DNA of 64,000 nucleotides from Fibrobacterales bacterium (GTDB lineage Bacteria; Fibrobacterota; Fibrobacteria; Fibrobacterales; JAOPTW01): NCBI GenBank assembly GCA_051532035.1, contig JAOPTW010000063.1, positions 1 to 64,000 of the forward strand, read 5' to 3'. Shown piece by piece: positions 59,721 to 64,000 of this stretch (position 1 is its first letter; each line of letters starts with the position of its first letter). The notes under the pieces were generated by a model. It saw only the letters and a program-made list of their open reading frames with translations, ran no database searches and was not told where the DNA came from. The position numbers and the translations under genes were made by a program.

Positions 59721-61085
59721 ATGAAATTATTTAAAACAATACTACCTAAGCTTATAGGCGCATCATTAATTTGCCTCGCAACGAGCGCTACAGCAAATGA
59801 GTTGCTGCAAAATAATAGTTTTTACGGAGAAGGTGCGCTGTGGGAGACCCACACAGCGCACGGTGTAATAAATTTTGGAAATTTCGACTTAGATAATGTT
59901 GCAAAATATGAACCATCGTCATCAGCAACATCTCGTGAAGACCTACAACTTTTTCAAAAGATACATGTAACTGAAGGTAGAACCTATAATTATAGATTTG
60001 GAGTTCGTTCACCTGAGGCAGCATCACGTAATATCGATCTAGTTTTTCAACAGCCCTCATATCCATATACTATTCAGTATGAAAAAACATTTCGTGCTAC
60101 CAATGAGTGGATATACTTTTGCGGGTCATTTGTAGCATCAGCAACAGAAGAAATAAAAGTAAGTTTTATGGGGGCTACTGATAGTAGAGTGCTGTATATT
60201 GATGATATATCCGTTACCGATGATCAAACTGCAAGCTGGACAGCTGGTTGGGATGTTATACGAACATATAAGGTAGATGGCTTAAATCATCTTTTAACAA
60301 TGAATAGTACAAATGGATCGATAAAGATATACAAATTGAACGATAATGGAACTATTGGTGCAAATACCTATGAAGGAGGCTGGGGAGGTGGATGGACCCA
60401 CTTTGAACCGTATATAATAAATGGGACGACCTATATGCTTATGTATAAAGCCGCAGAAGGTCATGCTGAATTCCGTAAAATGGAGAGTGATGGTACCGTT
60501 GGTGGAAGTAAAATGACTGAGGATAATTGGACGTTGCATTGGTCAAAATTTACTTCGTATCAGGTAGGAGACAAGCACTATATGTTCATGACAAAGTCAA
60601 CCACAGGTCAAGCAAAAATATTTGAATTAATTAATTCAGGTCCAAATGAAGGAGCTTTAGGACCGCGGACATACTATAGAGGCTGGACAGCAGGATGGGA
60701 TGATGCTCAAGTAACCTATACCAATAACAACGAAACAGTTATGTGGCTCAGAAAATCAGGAACAGGTCAACATGATATCCATGTAATGAACAATACGGGA
60801 ACATTTGGCCCGCGTATTGATCGTAGATGGTGGACCACGGGGTGGACGACTGCACGGTTTATAAATATCGATAAAGAACCCTATCTGTTTTTGAACAAAG
60901 TTTCAAATAGACATACGTATATTTCAAAATTAAATGACAATGGAGTGCACATGTACGGAATTTACAACCAATATTGGAACTTTACCTGGACGGGAATTGA
61001 TACTTTTGAAACTCTTCAAGGGACATTTGCATTTCTTGTTAATAAATATAACGGTGATGTGGAAATTGAAAAATTGATCAGATAA
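59721..61085 (+). CDS. Secreted protein: CBM4/9-like domain plus six WxxxW repeats (probable beta-propeller)
   Basis: Signal peptide (ATA); ELLQNNSF...LQLFQ...GRTYNYRF...YIDDISV; six repeats of about 48 aa. Confidence 0.72.
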   Translation: MKLFKTILPKLIGASLICLATSATANELLQNNSFYGEGALWETHTAHGVINFGNFDLDNVAKYEPSSSATSREDLQLFQKIHVTEGRTYNYRFGVRSPEAASRNIDLVFQQPSYPYTIQYEKTFRATNEWIYFCGSFVASATEEIKVSFMGATDSRVLYIDDISVTDDQTASWTAGWDVIRTYKVDGLNHLLTMNSTNGSIKIYKLNDNGTIGANTYEGGWGGGWTHFEPYIINGTTYMLMYKAAEGHAEFRKMESDGTVGGSKMTEDNWTLHWSKFTSYQVGDKHYMFMTKSTTGQAKIFELINSGPNEGALGPRTYYRGWTAGWDDAQVTYTNNNETVMWLRKSGTGQHDIHVMNNTGTFGPRIDRRWWTTGWTTARFINIDKEPYLFLNKVSNRHTYISKLNDNGVHMYGIYNQYWNFTWTGIDTFETLQGTFAFLVNKYNGDVEIEKLIR

Positions 61086-61286
61086 AAAACACTCTTATTT
61101 AAATCCCCCGGGCCTTATAGAATGTTAACGCTTCTTAAGCCCGGGTAACTTCAATGGTTATCAAACAACACCTGAGCAAGGTCGTAGGACTTCTGAGGAT
61201 CGCCAAGGAGCCCAATCATCTGATTAGAATGGGTCTCTCCGCTATCCATAATGGCTTCAGATGTCTCATTTGTTCAGTCTCTATCC

Positions 61287-64000
61287 TTATCGCAAGGGAC
61301 TAATACTTATGGGAGTGTAAAACGGTGTTATGAGCGCATCCTGATCCCATCGATAGAATCGTACCCAATCAAACTCTGCTACCAGAGGAAACTCAGAATT
61401 TTCGGGTCTTTGGTAAAATGATGGGAGCCAATAATTCACGAGGAACGTACTATAATCATCGGGTATCTGTACAATATTATTTTCCATATTAAGCTCATCT
61501 TCTCTATAGGTTCTCACTACAATATCATCAATAGACCAGCTTACACTATCGGGCAACCACTGAATAGTATAAGTATGCCACTTTCCGTCATTGGCCGACC
61601 AGTCCTGTAATCCACTATAATCATTATTACCACTCCCCGGGTAAATTGTTGCATAAGACATATCAAAATCAATATCGCCATCAGGTATAATTCCGGTATT
61701 GTTGACAATACTGGACATAATATGACCAGTATTTGAGTTATCGTTTGTAACAAGATCAAAATAGACTTCCCTCATACCATTGCCTACAGGGTATCGAACA
61801 GCTCCAAAGGTATTGAATGTTGAATAAGTGACCGGTGGGATTTTCATGCGTACCTTATAAATACCATATCTAAAATCATTAAAAATAGAACGCAACTCTC
61901 CCCCAGAAAACAATTGTTCTGCAATTAATTCGGATCGTATATCAGAATAAGAACTTGGAATGGTTTCATCTCTCAGGGTTAATTGCATTGTACTATCAGC
62001 AAAGCTGATATTGTTTTTGATATAGCGTGAATAACTCCCCGGGATTGCTCCATCCCCCCAAGTCCAAATGGAGTGCGCCGGTGTTATGGGTGAAGGACCC
62101 ATAGCAATGGGTGCACTGAATTCTTCATTCAAATACAGGGTAAAGCCCGTAAAGCTTTCAATTTCATCAACTAAAACTTTTACCGTATCGGCACCTCTAT
62201 TCCCATCGTCATCTATAGCTATCACCATAATTTGATACGTACCAAATGAGGGGAATACATGGTTTGTTGTACTATGGGTTACCGAAGAGTCGTCGTATAC
62301 ACCATCCATATCAAAATCCCATAAATAGCCTTCGATTGTACCCACTTCCTGCGTTACAACAGCCTCAAAATTTACGTTAAAATTGAGAGGATTAACCGTG
62401 CGTACAGCAATATTCACTATGGGTACATCATTGACTACCTCGACGGTAACGGTATCAAACACCACAACTGAATCATCATCAATAGTTCGTATCACAAAAG
62501 GATGTGCTGCTGCTTGCACTGGAGCAGCTACATTAAAGGCTGTATTTGGGGTGCAGGCAACAAAGCTGCCAACAAAACCTGATTTCCAGGCCATTGAAAC
62601 AATGGTTCCTAAGGTATCACGAGCTACTGTTTCTATTGTGATAGTGTCATTGATCGTTACGGTATCTTTGCCAACCATGACTGAAACATCAGGAACGCCC
62701 GATAGGACTTCAACCATGAGCGAATCAAATACAACATTTGAATCATCATCAATCCCTCTCACATATATTCCATGCATACCTATTTGAGTTACCGGTGCAA
62801 TGGTGATTGATGTGTCGGCACCTGCATCTATCCAATCCATTGTATTTGTAGATAAGGCGTAGTTAATAATACTCCCATTTTCGTCGTTACCATTCCATTC
62901 AAAATGGAGTGAATCATGGGTATCAACAATAGATGGAGTAGTGGTAAAGGCAATAATAGGTAGTCCTGCTAATACCATAATCTGAGTTGAATCAAGACTG
63001 ATGTTACCATCACCATCGGTTACTTTTAGGCGAACGGTAAAATTATTTTGAGGTTGTTTGGGCAACTGAAAGGACACAACGGTATCTTCTATAATACTAA
63101 AAGGGCTTGTGCCATATTGCACTTCTACCGTATGATCTACGTGGTTAATGGAGCGATCTTCTATATGGAATTCTAAATGAACCGTATCTTGAATATACCC
63201 TGCAGATAGTTGAGACAGAGTAACCTTTGGGAGTGCATTGGTGATATCAATACGGGGAAATGTAATGAGTGCTTCGTTATCGAGTGGAATAGAATCGATG
63301 TAAAACCCGGTAACCTTCTCATCAAGATCATACACGAGAACGGTAACTTCGTGTGGCCCTAAAATGCGGGAAATGTCAACGACCTGTTGTGCGGTGAAAA
63401 GTCCACTTATAGGATTCAACTGAGTCTTAATATGAAGTGTATCAATAGAGCTCGCACCAAGGAATTGAAGATCAATGTGTGATACGTTTAATAGGGTTCC
63501 AATCACCGCTCCCTCAAACTGAAATTTCTTTTTACCAAAAACAGCATACTGTTCATTGGTTACTCCGGGGTTATTAAGTACGGCCTCTTGTAGATTGAGT
63601 TCTGGCGGGAGCATTGCTTCTAGAGTAGTGTGGGCGTGAGAATCTCCACGACTTACCAGAGTATCCAGTAGACTCGCAATAAGATGTGTGGTATCGGTAT
63701 CTATTTTAGATCGATATGCTGAATAGTATTGATGTGACAAGTCACTCCCCTGCAGAAGCATATGATCAATAAAAAGAGAATCGAATAAGACGGTATTAGC
63801 CGAATCATTGGCTCCCCTTTTAATATGATAATCGACCATAGTTTGGGTGACCGCATAGTGTTTATTGTCTGAGACCACAGCGACATCATAAGAAAAGCCC
63901 GTATATTCTATAGCAGGCAATTCATTGTGGAGTGAGCCTGTGGGGATTGGGAGTGTAACCATAGACCGGGAACTGTCTAATTCGATAATAGAGAACTCTG
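61287..64000 (-). CDS. Large protein (5' end outside window) with Ig/PKD repeats and C-terminal GH16-fold domain
   Basis: Frame stays open to the window edge; YLWDFDMDG PKD motif; GGELRS..FRYG.Y.VRMK, WHTYTIQW.PD...W.ID, FDWVRFY. Confidence 0.82.
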   Translation of the reverse strand, partial: EFSIIELDSSRSMVTLPIPTGSLHNELPAIEYTGFSYDVAVVSDNKHYAVTQTMVDYHIKRGANDSANTVLFDSLFIDHMLLQGSDLSHQYYSAYRSKIDTDTTHLIASLLDTLVSRGDSHAHTTLEAMLPPELNLQEAVLNNPGVTNEQYAVFGKKKFQFEGAVIGTLLNVSHIDLQFLGASSIDTLHIKTQLNPISGLFTAQQVVDISRILGPHEVTVLVYDLDEKVTGFYIDSIPLDNEALITFPRIDITNALPKVTLSQLSAGYIQDTVHLEFHIEDRSINHVDHTVEVQYGTSPFSIIEDTVVSFQLPKQPQNNFTVRLKVTDGDGNISLDSTQIMVLAGLPIIAFTTTPSIVDTHDSLHFEWNGNDENGSIINYALSTNTMDWIDAGADTSITIAPVTQIGMHGIYVRGIDDDSNVVFDSLMVEVLSGVPDVSVMVGKDTVTINDTITIETVARDTLGTIVSMAWKSGFVGSFVACTPNTAFNVAAPVQAAAHPFVIRTIDDDSVVVFDTVTVEVVNDVPIVNIAVRTVNPLNFNVNFEAVVTQEVGTIEGYLWDFDMDGVYDDSSVTHSTTNHVFPSFGTYQIMVIAIDDDGNRGADTVKVLVDEIESFTGFTLYLNEEFSAPIAMGPSPITPAHSIWTWGDGAIPGSYSRYIKNNISFADSTMQLTLRDETIPSSYSDIRSELIAEQLFSGGELRSIFNDFRYGIYKVRMKIPPVTYSTFNTFGAVRYPVGNGMREVYFDLVTNDNSNTGHIMSSIVNNTGIIPDGDIDFDMSYATIYPGSGNNDYSGLQDWSANDGKWHTYTIQWLPDSVSWSIDDIVVRTYREDELNMENNIVQIPDDYSTFLVNYWLPSFYQRPENSEFPLVAEFDWVRFYRWDQDALITPFYTPISISPLR

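Noticed and set aside
61107..61286. Imperfect stems in the convergent gap (CCCGGGC...GCCCGGG) and a weak resemblance to the 55690-55817 gap
   Set aside because: The similarity is too weak to call a repeat family, and there is no clear U-tract or riboswitch consensus

Overview
Bacterial chromosomal window, most likely from a Fibrobacterota member (inferred from a TIGR02147-like regulator, lipoproteins with Ser-rich linkers and a Fibrobacter-type FlgD-like C-terminal domain). Housekeeping blocks include tadA, lptFG, cpoB-bamD, purC-purH(transformylase half)-smg-trmFO-folD, cmoB, gpsA-plsY-der, ubiA/mqnP-ubiX-menG, tRNA-Phe and epmA-efp-epmB. Accessory genes for secreted or surface proteins and signalling lie between them. 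The most notable element is a co-oriented minus-strand unit at 4155-10984. It encodes a stand-alone class II (ExoY/edema factor/CyaA-like) nucleotidyl cyclase with all catalytic motifs intact, followed by a 1684-aa protein (long beta-rich body, helical repeats, K9RK polybasic tract, C-terminal fascin-like beta-trefoil) and a short third ORF with a strong RBS. This is a candidate undescribed toxin/delivery or signalling system. Other points: a hairpin-rich insert that splits a degenerate copy of the tRNA-Phe T-arm, a GAF-GGDEF gene broken by one in-frame TGA, a GH16-fold protein with a degenerate catalytic motif, two Cys-rich repeat lipoproteins, and dense D-(S/T)-hydrophobic motifs in exported proteins. 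No CRISPR array, rRNA, transposase or integrase was seen. All family calls come from recognising motifs by eye, not from database searches.
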